Shown piece by piece: positions 27,360 through 36,450 of a DNA stretch of 64,000 nucleotides. Each line of letters starts with the position of its first letter. Within the stretch, counting starts at the first letter, position 1. The stretch covers positions 1 through 64,000 of the IMG/VR virus record IMGVR_UViG_3300042868_005134, one strand, 5' to 3'. The position numbers were made by a program, and so were the translations under genes. The notes beneath the pieces were generated by a model. It searched no databases. It was given only the letters and a program-made list of their open reading frames with translations, and was not told the origin of the DNA.

Positions 27360-28274
27360 TTATTTTTTTTTTGAGCTTAAAATTGTGCCTAGCTTGCGGC
27401 TGTATTGAATGCTTTCTCTTTTCATTCTGCCTGCGATGTCGTCGCCACCAGTTGCTGGTTCGCTTGCGCCAAACTCGTCACCACCTTCTTCAGGTGCTGA
27501 CATAGTGCTTGGCATTGATGCGCCCATATCAACGGCTGGTGCTGCGCCTGCCATGCCCATAGGAGCTTCTTCGCCTGTTAGGATACTGACTGCCTGTGCC
27601 AATGTTGTGCGATGGCCTTCTAGGTTTGTATATAAATCTTCAAGAGCAGGTTTTACTTTATCATTAAACTGTTGGCTAACATCACTGCCCATTTCGTCTC
27701 TTATAGAGTCGACTAACTCTAACATTGTTTCAGCTTTCATGCTGGATACATCTTCTAACCAACCAGTGACACGATCAACCATATCACGAGCACTCATAAT
27801 TAGAGCTGCCTTTTCTTCTTCGCCTTCTAGTAGTGTGCGCTCGCTGAGTACAGCACGTAACACTTCCATGGCTTCGCCTACGCTTTCTTTCTTTGCCATC
27901 TTAGTGGCAGTGGCATTCATGACTTCATCGCCTTTTTCACCATAACGCTTTTTAAATTCGCCTTTGGTCTTCTTCATGCCTTTGACATACTTTTCTTTCT
28001 TGCCTTTCTCGTCGTCGCTTAGTGTACGCTCTTTGATTGCTTGACGAATAACATCAAGCATGGCACGATTTTTTTGATAGTCGTTGTTTTCTAGTACGCT
28101 GTCAAAACTGTTTGTTTTTTCAAAGCTATTGATTCTTTCTGATAGTTGTAGTTGTACATTTTCTAATTGTACGTCACTGAATTTGTCAATGCTCAAGCGA
28201 TAGCCAAATTTCTTTGCTAGGCTTTCATTTAGCGATTCGCTGGTTAATTTATTCGATAATTCTCTGATTTGCAT
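27360..28274 (-). CDS. Acidic/helical probable head (scaffold/internal) protein
   Basis: MQIREL start; many L-x-E sites; ends SSKKK on an A10 run; TAAATA at 28303-28308. Confidence 0.65.
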   Translation of the reverse strand: MQIRELSNKLTSESLNESLAKKFGYRLSIDKFSDVQLENVQLQLSERINSFEKTNSFDSVLENNDYQKNRAMLDVIRQAIKERTLSDDEKGKKEKYVKGMKKTKGEFKKRYGEKGDEVMNATATKMAKKESVGEAMEVLRAVLSERTLLEGEEEKAALIMSARDMVDRVTGWLEDVSSMKAETMLELVDSIRDEMGSDVSQQFNDKVKPALEDLYTNLEGHRTTLAQAVSILTGEEAPMGMAGAAPAVDMGASMPSTMSAPEEGGDEFGASEPATGGDDIAGRMKRESIQYSRKLGTILSSKKK

Positions 28275-28308
28275 GTTAGCATCCTAAAAGACTTGTTAAT
28301 GTTATTTA

Positions 28309-28740
28309 TCAAAACATGGCCTTAAACTTGGCCTCTATTTGAGATTTAGTTCGTTTAGCCCGTTCGCTAGTTAGTTCCCAGCGCCATAGAGCTAAGTCTC
28401 GTTTGTCTAAATCTTTGTATGTTTTATAGTTGTGTTTGAAAAGTTCAGCATCTGTTGAATTTTGATGATAGTGATTGTCCAAATTCTTAACTTCGTTATA
28501 GGGTGTTAAACTATTAACGCTGTAGTACTTAGCCGCCATCAGAGCACAGGCCTTTAAATTAAATACATCTATTAAATTTCCGCCTATTCTATATAAACTA
28601 TAGCCGCCTGTTTTGTTCTGTTTAATTTTGAAGTTCTTATAGACTATGCTGCCGTTAGGCATCACGGCTATGGGCAGTGTATTTTTAAATTCTGCTTCTA
28701 AATACTGCTCTAATTTTTCTGCTTGGCGTTTAAAATTCAT
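28309..28740 (-). CDS. Hypothetical protein
   Basis: 143-aa ORF, coupled to neighbours. Confidence 0.65.
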   Translation of the reverse strand: MNFKRQAEKLEQYLEAEFKNTLPIAVMPNGSIVYKNFKIKQNKTGGYSLYRIGGNLIDVFNLKACALMAAKYYSVNSLTPYNEVKNLDNHYHQNSTDAELFKHNYKTYKDLDKRDLALWRWELTSERAKRTKSQIEAKFKAMF

Positions 28741-28930
28741 TTGCTATTACTCTAGGATTGTCTGTTCCTATCTTAATTACCAAACTTTTACGTATCATAC
28801 CCTCAATCGTGAAACGATCGTGTTCGTTAAAACTATTGAGGTATACCATACTGTTTAATCGTTCAAGCAAGGCTGCTTCTTCACGGCTAGTGAATATCTC
28901 GAAGTTGCTGATTAGCTCGTTAATTTTCAT
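28730..28930 (-). CDS. Hypothetical protein
   Basis: MKINEL start; 66 aa. Confidence 0.65.
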   Translation of the reverse strand: MKINELISNFEIFTSREEAALLERLNSMVYLNSFNEHDRFTIEGMIRKSLVIKIGTDNPRVIANEF

Positions 28931-31029
28931 CTTAATTTTGCAATAGTTAGCATCTTGTCAAGTTCTTCGTAGTACTGCCTGTCTTCCGATTTTGTTCCGC
29001 CTGCGGGTATGCCTAATTTTGCTCTACCTTGATCAATTACAGAAGGCTGTGTTGCCATTCTTTGACTAACTGACAGTTTAGTTGGGTCTACTGGTGCTGC
29101 TGGGCTTGCAGCTTGTAGTGCTGGTTGATTTACTCCGGGTCTTGGAGCAGCTTTCATCTGAGCGGCAGTTGGGCCGCCTTGCCCTCCACGGCCGCCACCG
29201 GCATTACTATTCATGTTTACACCAGTTCTGATCTGTGTGTTAGCAGTTTGATTTGGTTGATCTAATCTACGTGGATCAGGAGCAGTCCCGCGCCCTGCTC
29301 CTGCTGTACTGGGAGCAACGCCTTGAGGCAACGGAACATTGCCACTGACTGCTTTTGGAAATTGTTGCATTGCTGTTCGTGTAGCTGGTCCCATGACACC
29401 GTCTGCTTTAATTTTTGCGCCAGCAGCAATTAACTTATCTTGTAATGCTTTTATGTTAGGGTCGCTTTTAGCTAGTGTTTTAGCTGGTGCTGCAGGACTT
29501 GCGGCTTGGCCACCTGCTGGTGCTGCAGCGGTAGTTGTCTTCTCACCTGTTTCAGGATTTGTTCCATCTGGCATTGTAACATTCTGACCTGCTGCGTTCA
29601 CACCATTGGCCGCTTGAGTAGCTGCTTGGGCATTGGCTGTCATTGCCGCTCCCATGTCAGCATCATCTTGATCAGCTGCTGTCATTGCTGGAACCGCTGG
29701 GCTTGCTGCTTGTTGTGGTTGGGCAGCGGCAGCATTAGCTGTCATAGCTGCACCTAGTTCAGCATCGTCTCTGTCTGCTTGATTAGGGTCAACTTTTTGT
29801 GCTGTTGGTGTACCAGCTAATTGTTTTATTCTAGCTAATTCTGCTGCTGCTTCTTCTCCGGGATTTCCTGCTCCTGTGGCTGCGCTGGTTGAGTTACCAC
29901 CGGCTGCATTTGCTCGCATAGCTGCTCCCTGCTCAGCATCGTCTCTGTCTGCTTGATTAGGGTCAACTTTTTGTACTGCCGCTGGTGCTGGTGCTGGTGC
30001 TGCCGCTGGTGCTGGTGCTGCCGCTTGTGCAGCCTGTACCACAGCCTGGCCACCGCCGGAAACTAGATCTGAGCCATCTCCTGTTTTGATCGGTTTTCCG
30101 TCGCCACCAACTACTTTTCCAGCGTTTGGATTGGCTGTTTGGAATGCTGCAATATCTTGTTGTGTAGCAGGCTTGTATCCCATTCTTTGTCGAATAACTG
30201 GATCAATAGGAGTTCCCGGAGGAGCATCTTTTAGTTCAGTAGGTTTCATACCAAACAATCCTTTGACTGAATTAAGGTTCTTTTGACCTTGAGCCATTTG
30301 CTTGGCATAGTCGGCGTCAGACATTGGCTCATCGCCAGCCCGCTCAACTAGTTGTTCCGTTAACCTGTCAGCGGCGTTGTGTAGGCCCGCAAGTCTTAAC
30401 ATTCTGATAGTTTCATTCATTTTTTCAATTCCTTCTGTAGTTGCTGGCTGAAACACAGTTTCGCCTGGTTTGGGTTCGTCTGGTTTTTCTCCGCCAGCCG
30501 CGGGAGTTTTGGACAGTACAAAACCTTTACCAGTTGGGTCGCGTGTCAAGCTGGCCTTGGGCGCAATGGTTTGTGTTCCGTCTTTGTTGTCAATAGTTAC
30601 CTTATCACCGGTGGCTGCTAGTATTTGTCCAGGTGCTCCGTCCATCTCAGCAATACTGGATTCTGGTGTAGGATTGTCTTGTTTATCACTGGCAGTTGTT
30701 GTCAGTGTAAACTTTTTATCTCGGTTAAATGGTTTAGACATCATGGTAACTGCCGCTTTGTTAGCCGCTTCTTTACCTCTAAACTGATAAGGCTGACCTT
30801 CTTTATTTTTTAAAAGTTTGCCGTTGATTCGAATGTAGTATGTGCTGGACTGTTCTTTGCGTTGTTGTTCATCTTCATGCCCCAACTCATGTTCCATCTC
30901 ACGACGTTTGAATTCTCGTTTGCCGTAATCCATTTGATCCTGTTGATATCTGTCATAGTTGCCAGGGCTCATGGTATCTGGATTGCTACTACCGTAGCGG
31001 CCGCCTTCATTTACTTGTCTAACTTTCAT
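28927..31029 (-). CDS. Low-complexity modular protein with peptidoglycan-binding-like domain (probable internal head protein)
   Basis: SDPNIKALQDKLIAAG..IKADGVMGPATRTAM resembles PG_binding_1; Ala/Pro/Gln-rich; internal repeats. Confidence 0.6.
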   Translation of the reverse strand: MKVRQVNEGGRYGSSNPDTMSPGNYDRYQQDQMDYGKREFKRREMEHELGHEDEQQRKEQSSTYYIRINGKLLKNKEGQPYQFRGKEAANKAAVTMMSKPFNRDKKFTLTTTASDKQDNPTPESSIAEMDGAPGQILAATGDKVTIDNKDGTQTIAPKASLTRDPTGKGFVLSKTPAAGGEKPDEPKPGETVFQPATTEGIEKMNETIRMLRLAGLHNAADRLTEQLVERAGDEPMSDADYAKQMAQGQKNLNSVKGLFGMKPTELKDAPPGTPIDPVIRQRMGYKPATQQDIAAFQTANPNAGKVVGGDGKPIKTGDGSDLVSGGGQAVVQAAQAAAPAPAAAPAPAPAAVQKVDPNQADRDDAEQGAAMRANAAGGNSTSAATGAGNPGEEAAAELARIKQLAGTPTAQKVDPNQADRDDAELGAAMTANAAAAQPQQAASPAVPAMTAADQDDADMGAAMTANAQAATQAANGVNAAGQNVTMPDGTNPETGEKTTTAAAPAGGQAASPAAPAKTLAKSDPNIKALQDKLIAAGAKIKADGVMGPATRTAMQQFPKAVSGNVPLPQGVAPSTAGAGRGTAPDPRRLDQPNQTANTQIRTGVNMNSNAGGGRGGQGGPTAAQMKAAPRPGVNQPALQAASPAAPVDPTKLSVSQRMATQPSVIDQGRAKLGIPAGGTKSEDRQYYEELDKMLTIAKLR
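29759..29974. repeat. Exact 42-bp direct repeat (29759-29800 and 29933-29974)
   Basis: Encodes QKVDPNQADRDDAE twice. Confidence 0.85.
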
Positions 31030-31742
31030 TTGTGTTCTCCGAGGCTAAGGGCCTTGTCTTGTAATTTGTCAATGTGTTGCTGTAACTGCTGAATAAAACC
31101 CTTGGCTCTTAGCACTTTGAACGCCACGTTCTCCACACTAAATTCGCCACCTTGTTCCAAGCCTGACTGACGTAGTTTTCTAATTTCCTGGTACATCTCT
31201 TTTGCTTCGTCAATGTCATCGGTAGTTAAAGCCTGCATAATCTTATTTAAGTAATTTTCAACTTTAGCCTCAACATCTCCGTCATCTATCTTGATGGTGG
31301 CCATTGTGGGTTCACTGACCCACTTGTTATCTAACACGCTGTATATGCCCAAACTGTGATGCTTTTGATCTTCTGGCTGTACATAAACTTCCACGTCAAT
31401 GCCTTTGATTTTGATGTCGTGTACGTAATTATACTGATTTTTCTTGGCGTCGTAAAGTGGCTTCAGTAACAGTTCGCGCTCTCGAGGCACTGTCACTATG
31501 AGATGTAAATCTATGTCACTTTGAGCTGTGTAACTGTAGGCAGCATTGCTACCTGAAATAGTAACGTCCTTGAGCAGAAGTTCTGGGATGTCGATAAAAT
31601 CTATAAAATGTTTGGCTATTTGTAACAACTTGTATCTAACTTGAGATTTAAGTACAGATCCGCGCCATAGTAGTGGGTTGAGTTCCTTGTGAAACTGAAC
31701 AGCTGAGTCTACTATGCCTTCTGTAAATTCTCTTAGATACAT
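31026..31742 (-). CDS. Pol-beta superfamily nucleotidyltransferase
   Basis: ISGSNAAYSYTAQSDIDLHL (GS...DxD) and third carboxylate VEVYVQ. Confidence 0.75.
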   Translation of the reverse strand: MYLREFTEGIVDSAVQFHKELNPLLWRGSVLKSQVRYKLLQIAKHFIDFIDIPELLLKDVTISGSNAAYSYTAQSDIDLHLIVTVPRERELLLKPLYDAKKNQYNYVHDIKIKGIDVEVYVQPEDQKHHSLGIYSVLDNKWVSEPTMATIKIDDGDVEAKVENYLNKIMQALTTDDIDEAKEMYQEIRKLRQSGLEQGGEFSVENVAFKVLRAKGFIQQLQQHIDKLQDKALSLGEHK

Positions 31743-31745
31743 ACA

Positions 31746-32051
31746 TTACTTTAGAAATTTAAGCACAGTGTCTGCGTGAGCTGATGCCCAACTTACTACC
31801 ACCGCGCCACCGGCAATCATGTAAAGCCACTTTTGTTTCCATTTTTCTAAATCGGAAATTTTAGTTGCCAGTTCTTCATGTTGATTACAAGATGCTGAAT
31901 ACATTTCGTCTAGTTTACCTAACAAACTATCTCTAGTCTGATCCAAGCAATCGTGCATTTCTTTGACATCCCCTTTGAGGTCGTCCATCTTTTCGTTCAA
32001 ATTCTCTACCTTGGTTTCTACTATACCAAGGCGTTCCACTGTAGTTGCCAT
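31746..32051 (-). CDS. Coiled-coil protein with C-terminal TM (XhlA/holin-like)
   Basis: ERLGIVETKVENL coiled coil; LEKWKQKWLYMIAGGAVVV. Confidence 0.55.
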   Translation of the reverse strand: MATTVERLGIVETKVENLNEKMDDLKGDVKEMHDCLDQTRDSLLGKLDEMYSASCNQHEELATKISDLEKWKQKWLYMIAGGAVVVSWASAHADTVLKFLK

Positions 32052-32139
32052 CAAGGGCGTCTCCTATTGCTTAGTTTGGCTGAATGCCGCTATTGTAAGT
32101 TTGTATCAACGCCTTGTGTGCCTAATTGTTATAGTATAT

Positions 32140-32541
32140 TTATTCGCGCAAGTGGAAAACAATATTCTTCCCTGGATCCTGGGTGTTGAATACTCTATGC
32201 GTTTGGGTCATGCTTTCCCCCAAATTGCCAATATAAGGCACTAGATGAAAGTCTTGTTTCAAGAAACCCAATGGATCGTTGTCCATGGTATAGTAGTCTG
32301 CTTCCGTGGTCCAATCAAAACGCCATACTCGCAGTATGTCGTCTGTACCGAATCCCACCAAGGATCCCTTGACTTCTAGCGGCTGTGAGCCACCACTATA
32401 AAATATGTTTGATCGTAGTCCCAGTGTGTGTATCACTGTGTTGAAGTTTTGTTCCTGCTGCCACAGTCGTTCTTTGCCCTGCTCGTGACGATATTGTCCC
32501 GTGTGTGTTATGTCCACTAGTGTGTATAGCTTGTAATTCAT
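32140..32541 (-). CDS. Hypothetical protein
   Basis: YTLVDITHTG...QEQNFNTVIHTLGLRSN; start revised to MNYK. Confidence 0.65.
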   Translation of the reverse strand: MNYKLYTLVDITHTGQYRHEQGKERLWQQEQNFNTVIHTLGLRSNIFYSGGSQPLEVKGSLVGFGTDDILRVWRFDWTTEADYYTMDNDPLGFLKQDFHLVPYIGNLGESMTQTHRVFNTQDPGKNIVFHLRE

Positions 32542-32559
32542 GATGTATTTAACAGTCAT

Positions 32560-32585
32560 AAAAAAGCCCTAGTCGAAACTAGGGC
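32560..32585 (-). terminator. Rho-independent terminator
   Basis: GCCCUAGU-UUCG-ACUAGGGC followed by a U run. Confidence 0.85.
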
Positions 32586-32612
32586 CATCTTCCCATCCCG
32601 AGAAAGATTAGA

Positions 32613-33077
32613 TTAAGACCATGTAACGCCAGTACAAGTGCTGGTAGTTACTGCCACTGTGGCGCCGCCTAGGGCACCACTGATTGCTGCTTCAAGAATA
32701 CTGAAAGTTTCAGTGCCTGTTACAGGATCACCAGTTGTTGCGCCTGGGTTTGTGTTGAAGTCTGGAGCCATGTAAACAATAGTGCTGTCGCCACCGCCTG
32801 ATACTGAAGGTGCAAATACTGCAAATAGTTCACTGGTCACTTGTAGAGCACGTACTACTTTGCTGTAATCGCTGTTAGCTGCTTCAGGTGTCGCTGTGAT
32901 GTCTACACCAGTGATAACCACTTTGTAGCCACGCAGGTTTGGTGTGCTGAATGTCAACAATGGTGATGTTGCTGTACCGTTTAGGCCGTCATAGGCTGCG
33001 CCTGGACTTTGTACTGCTTTTAGATAGTTTGCGGCAATGCTTACACCACCGCTGGTTGTTCCGATTAAACTTGGCAT
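32613..33077 (-). CDS. Probable abundant virion protein (monocistronic)
   Basis: TAAATA (33133-33138), 5' hairpin GCCACA-GAG-UGUGGC, strong GAGGAG SD, own terminator; small-residue-rich. Confidence 0.65.
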   Translation of the reverse strand: MPSLIGTTSGGVSIAANYLKAVQSPGAAYDGLNGTATSPLLTFSTPNLRGYKVVITGVDITATPEAANSDYSKVVRALQVTSELFAVFAPSVSGGGDSTIVYMAPDFNTNPGATTGDPVTGTETFSILEAAISGALGGATVAVTTSTCTGVTWS

Positions 33078-33168
33078 AATAATATCTCCTCTGATTTATG
33101 CTTTAAGCCACACTCTGTGGCCTTTGTAATATTATTTAGTTCAAATGGAAAAAACTAGCCCAAAAGGG

Positions 33169-33834
33169 TTATTTTTCGCGATTGTAACTTTGTGGGTTTT
33201 GAAGGTGTTGAACCAGTATGGGCAGCAGATCAAAGTTAGGCAGTTTGTTTCTAAAGCTGTTTAATATGCGATAGGCCAGTTGCTGTATGTCGCTGTCCAA
33301 AGGATCGTGATAGCTCAACATACGGCGTATTTCTTTATACTCATAGTTTTCTATAGTTAATGCTTGTTCCAACTGCATGTAAAAATAGTTGCCGCGTCCT
33401 GAGTTGCCGGGCAAGCTGTGTAACCAGCCGTTTAGGGCAGTTACAGGCAAGAATGTGCGTTCCCTAGACAGTTTTGCTTGACTGCTATTGAATATAGTTT
33501 CAACACGACTGGCAGGTGCTGTAACAAAGAATATAAAGTTGTGTAGATCCGTTGCGCTGGATCTAAATTCAGTATAACCGCTGTACTGTGAGGTTTGTCT
33601 AGCATAGTTAACGGCAGCATCCTGGCCTTTCTTTAACCTACTTAAGAACTCCAATGCCAATACACAAAGGTACACTGATTCGCAAGCTTCTTTAAAGGTT
33701 ATCTTTACATCAGCTTCATTTTGAATGATACGGGCTTCATGTAGTTCTTTGATAAAACTCATCATGCCTTTTGCTCTTGGTTCCAAGCTGTGTCCGCCTG
33801 CCATTACAGCACGATCCATGTCAGTAAACATCAT
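33169..33834 (-). CDS. Hypothetical protein
   Basis: ATGA overlap with upstream gene; internal MSFIKELHEAR. Confidence 0.65.
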   Translation of the reverse strand: MMFTDMDRAVMAGGHSLEPRAKGMMSFIKELHEARIIQNEADVKITFKEACESVYLCVLALEFLSRLKKGQDAAVNYARQTSQYSGYTEFRSSATDLHNFIFFVTAPASRVETIFNSSQAKLSRERTFLPVTALNGWLHSLPGNSGRGNYFYMQLEQALTIENYEYKEIRRMLSYHDPLDSDIQQLAYRILNSFRNKLPNFDLLPILVQHLQNPQSYNREK

Positions 33835-34982
33835 GTAGGTGTCCAACGCTTTCTAGGCACTAGTTTTACTTTACCAAACTGCTTAGATGCGTCAGGATAA
33901 CGAACTCGGCCTTCGCCATTTGTGTCCCATATTTCGGCCTGCTGGCCTGCTTCCACTTGATCAATGATGCTGTCTTTTAGGTTCATTATCTGTATGACTA
34001 GACTAAAAATAGCAGCCAACGAATTTTTATTCATTTGTGCCAATTCTTTGATCTTGGTCTGCTTGTTGGTACTGACCTTGCTGGTAGCTAGCCAATTGTA
34101 AAAATGATCTGGATTCATGGCACCAAGTTGTTTGGCCTTGGCTGTTTGATTCACGTAGGTGTACAATATATTTTTAAGGTCGCCTAGTCCAGCAGTGCCT
34201 TGTAGAAAGCTATCAATCTGTGCGGCATGTTGATTTAGGTATACTTCAACATCGGTAATGGCATCTGCGTCCACGCTGGGTGTAGTAGAGTTATATATAG
34301 GGCCTTGTACAATTAGGTCAGCTGTTTGATCAAACATGCTAAAGTCGTCCATGGGTTCTTGTTCATCATCGCCCATGCCAAACTCAGGAAAGAAAGCATG
34401 TCCAACCACCATGGCTTGTGCTTGACTAATACGCTTGCCTAGTTCACCTGTGCCTCTTACATGATAGCAAGTTTTACTCTTGGGATTAGGGCAGAATGTG
34501 TACACACCTTGCTGATCTATTTCTGGACGTTTTAAAAACAAGCCGTCAGCATACACAAATCCCACAAAGTCTCTTGGTGTTGCTCTATCAAACAACGGAT
34601 ACAACTCTGCGAACTGTTGAGCAAATTGTTTGCGGCCAGCCAGTTCTTCTGGAGTCTTCGCGCTGCCGCTTTTGTTCACTATAAAATCAGTTAGTTCTGC
34701 CGGGCTAGTGGTCATTGCTCCGCGGCTCCAGCCATTGTGTCCTGCTAGTACTAAGGGTCCACCTTTCTTTGCACGTCCCCAATAGATTTGAGGATTACCG
34801 TCCCACTTCATACGCAGGCTACTAGCACCTTCTGTAGTGGCTAGATCTTTAACGTGACTCAGGGCTTCCAGTGTGCCTTTGCTGCCATGGAAGAATACTA
34901 GATCTTCCAGGTGATTAAATGCTCTGCCTAACTTTTTAGTTACGGCAGCTTCTGCTTCTTTTAGGAACTCTGTTGCTCTCAT
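33831..34982 (-). CDS. KxDG-motif (ligase/ATP-dependent nucleotidyltransferase-like) protein
   Basis: RAFNHLEDL, MKWDGNPQIYWG, YADGLF, GEGRV, VKLVPR resemble ligase motifs I, III, IV and V. Confidence 0.5.
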   Translation of the reverse strand: MRATEFLKEAEAAVTKKLGRAFNHLEDLVFFHGSKGTLEALSHVKDLATTEGASSLRMKWDGNPQIYWGRAKKGGPLVLAGHNGWSRGAMTTSPAELTDFIVNKSGSAKTPEELAGRKQFAQQFAELYPLFDRATPRDFVGFVYADGLFLKRPEIDQQGVYTFCPNPKSKTCYHVRGTGELGKRISQAQAMVVGHAFFPEFGMGDDEQEPMDDFSMFDQTADLIVQGPIYNSTTPSVDADAITDVEVYLNQHAAQIDSFLQGTAGLGDLKNILYTYVNQTAKAKQLGAMNPDHFYNWLATSKVSTNKQTKIKELAQMNKNSLAAIFSLVIQIMNLKDSIIDQVEAGQQAEIWDTNGEGRVRYPDASKQFGKVKLVPRKRWTPT

Positions 34983-35773
34983 ATCTTGCTCAATATATTA
35001 CGGAACCATTCGTTAACTGGCGGTGCGCTTGGCACTTGCGGTACTGGTGTTCGCTGAACCCAATTCTTGTCTTGTTGCGCTTGTGCCAACAAGGCTTGTC
35101 CTTGTTGGGCTGGAAGACTTGACACAATAGCTTCCACACTGTCTATGGCAGTACCGTTAGGCACACCAACTAGTGCCTGTGCTATCTCGTCCCAGTCATC
35201 TGTTACTAGCTCGCCCTTTTTGTTATCAGGTGTACGATTATACAATCCTTCCCAGGCACTGTAAACATAACCTTTTTGTTTGGCTAGCATTGCTAGCATC
35301 AATTGCTTGCTAACACCTTTGTAAGGGCTACCTTTTGGTATCTTGTGTTGATGGTAGCGGGCAATTTTCTTTACTTTGTAAATTGTTTCCAAGTCCACTT
35401 GGTAAGCATTTTCGCCAAATGGCACACGCACAAACACGTTGACACCCGCTTGTGCTGTTTTAAATCCACGCTCATCAAAATAGCTGGCCAGGGCCTTACG
35501 TGCTAGTTTTGCTTGTTCTTTAGGGTCTTGCGAAATCTTTGCTGTTTCAAAGTGCTTGATAACATCTGCTAGTTCAACTTGTAGGTCTAGATCACCACTC
35601 CATTCTTCGGGACTCTTATCAGGGTCTGGTTCATAGGTACTGCCCACAGCTTCAGATGACAAGTCGATGGCGGCCAATTGTTTGTCCACTATGGCTCTTA
35701 CTTCGTCGACAAACTTGGGATTAATTTTCCTGGTGTCTGGGAATATAGCGTTTTTGCTCTCACGGAGTATCAT
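34979..35773 (-). CDS. Pol-beta superfamily nucleotidyltransferase
   Basis: AVGST...SGDLDLQV and YQVDL third acidic residue. Confidence 0.65.
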   Translation of the reverse strand: MILRESKNAIFPDTRKINPKFVDEVRAIVDKQLAAIDLSSEAVGSTYEPDPDKSPEEWSGDLDLQVELADVIKHFETAKISQDPKEQAKLARKALASYFDERGFKTAQAGVNVFVRVPFGENAYQVDLETIYKVKKIARYHQHKIPKGSPYKGVSKQLMLAMLAKQKGYVYSAWEGLYNRTPDNKKGELVTDDWDEIAQALVGVPNGTAIDSVEAIVSSLPAQQGQALLAQAQQDKNWVQRTPVPQVPSAPPVNEWFRNILSKI

Positions 35774-36020
35774 CTTTGTTTTCCTGTATTCGTTTGATGC
35801 CGCGTTTGAATTTAGCTGGTTCAGCAGTTCTAATAGCGTTTAGAAAGCGGCGCTCTAATTCGGCTGCTGTTTCTAAATCGTAGTTTTCACGTATCAACGT
35901 AAGTAGATTAATAGCACTTTCAATCAAGTTAGTGCCACGACTTTCAATAACCAAATCTTTATTACGGTTAACGCCTAAGTCGCTAAGTTCTTGTAGTATT
36001 GACCTTGTGCTTTTTCTCAT
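35760..36020 (-). CDS. Hypothetical protein
   Basis: MRKSTRSILQEL...ELERRFLNAIR; TAAATA at 36044-36049. Confidence 0.7.
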   Translation of the reverse strand: MRKSTRSILQELSDLGVNRNKDLVIESRGTNLIESAINLLTLIRENYDLETAAELERRFLNAIRTAEPAKFKRGIKRIQENKDDTP

Positions 36021-36157
36021 TGTGTTACAGCATCCCTTTGCTATATTTACCGTTTTTCTCTTGCTAAAAGTTTTTTGTGCGATGCCACATTAGTTTGTAT
36101 AAATACTCAGTAGAAACCATGATATGGTTCTATACACACTTACACAAGGATTATAAC

Positions 36158-36334
36158 ATGAAAATGCTATCAAAGCAAATGATTAGGCTAATGGAACGTC
36201 TATCTGAAATGTTCCCAGGCTCATCATATCAAAGCCGATTAGACAGTTATCTAAGTACCAAAGGCATTACCGATGCCGCTCAGCTTGAAAACTACATCAA
36301 GCAATTCAATTCTCAAAAGGAAAGTTATCTATGA
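36158..36334 (+). CDS. Small protein, DUF3563-like
   Basis: YQSRLDSYLSTKGITDAAQLENYIKQF; SD AAGGA; TATAAATA at 36098-36105. Confidence 0.55.
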   Translation: MKMLSKQMIRLMERLSEMFPGSSYQSRLDSYLSTKGITDAAQLENYIKQFNSQKESYL

Positions 36335-36450
36335 AAACAATCTTAAACTCAATCTGGTCATTTTTAGAAGCATTTGGGCAAGCCCGTGTGGCCGCAAGTC
36401 TTGCTCGTCAGGGCCGTATAGAAGAAGCCAAAGCCGTATACAGAGCCTGA
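36331..36450 (+). CDS. Small protein (39 aa)
   Basis: Not in track. MKTILNSIWSFLEAFGQARVAASLARQGRIEEAKAVYRA; ATGA overlap. Confidence 0.6.
   Translation: MKTILNSIWSFLEAFGQARVAASLARQGRIEEAKAVYRA

Noticed and set aside
32052-32136. Known riboswitch class in the holin-like leader
   Set aside because: No recognisable aptamer consensus; kept only as a possible structured leader
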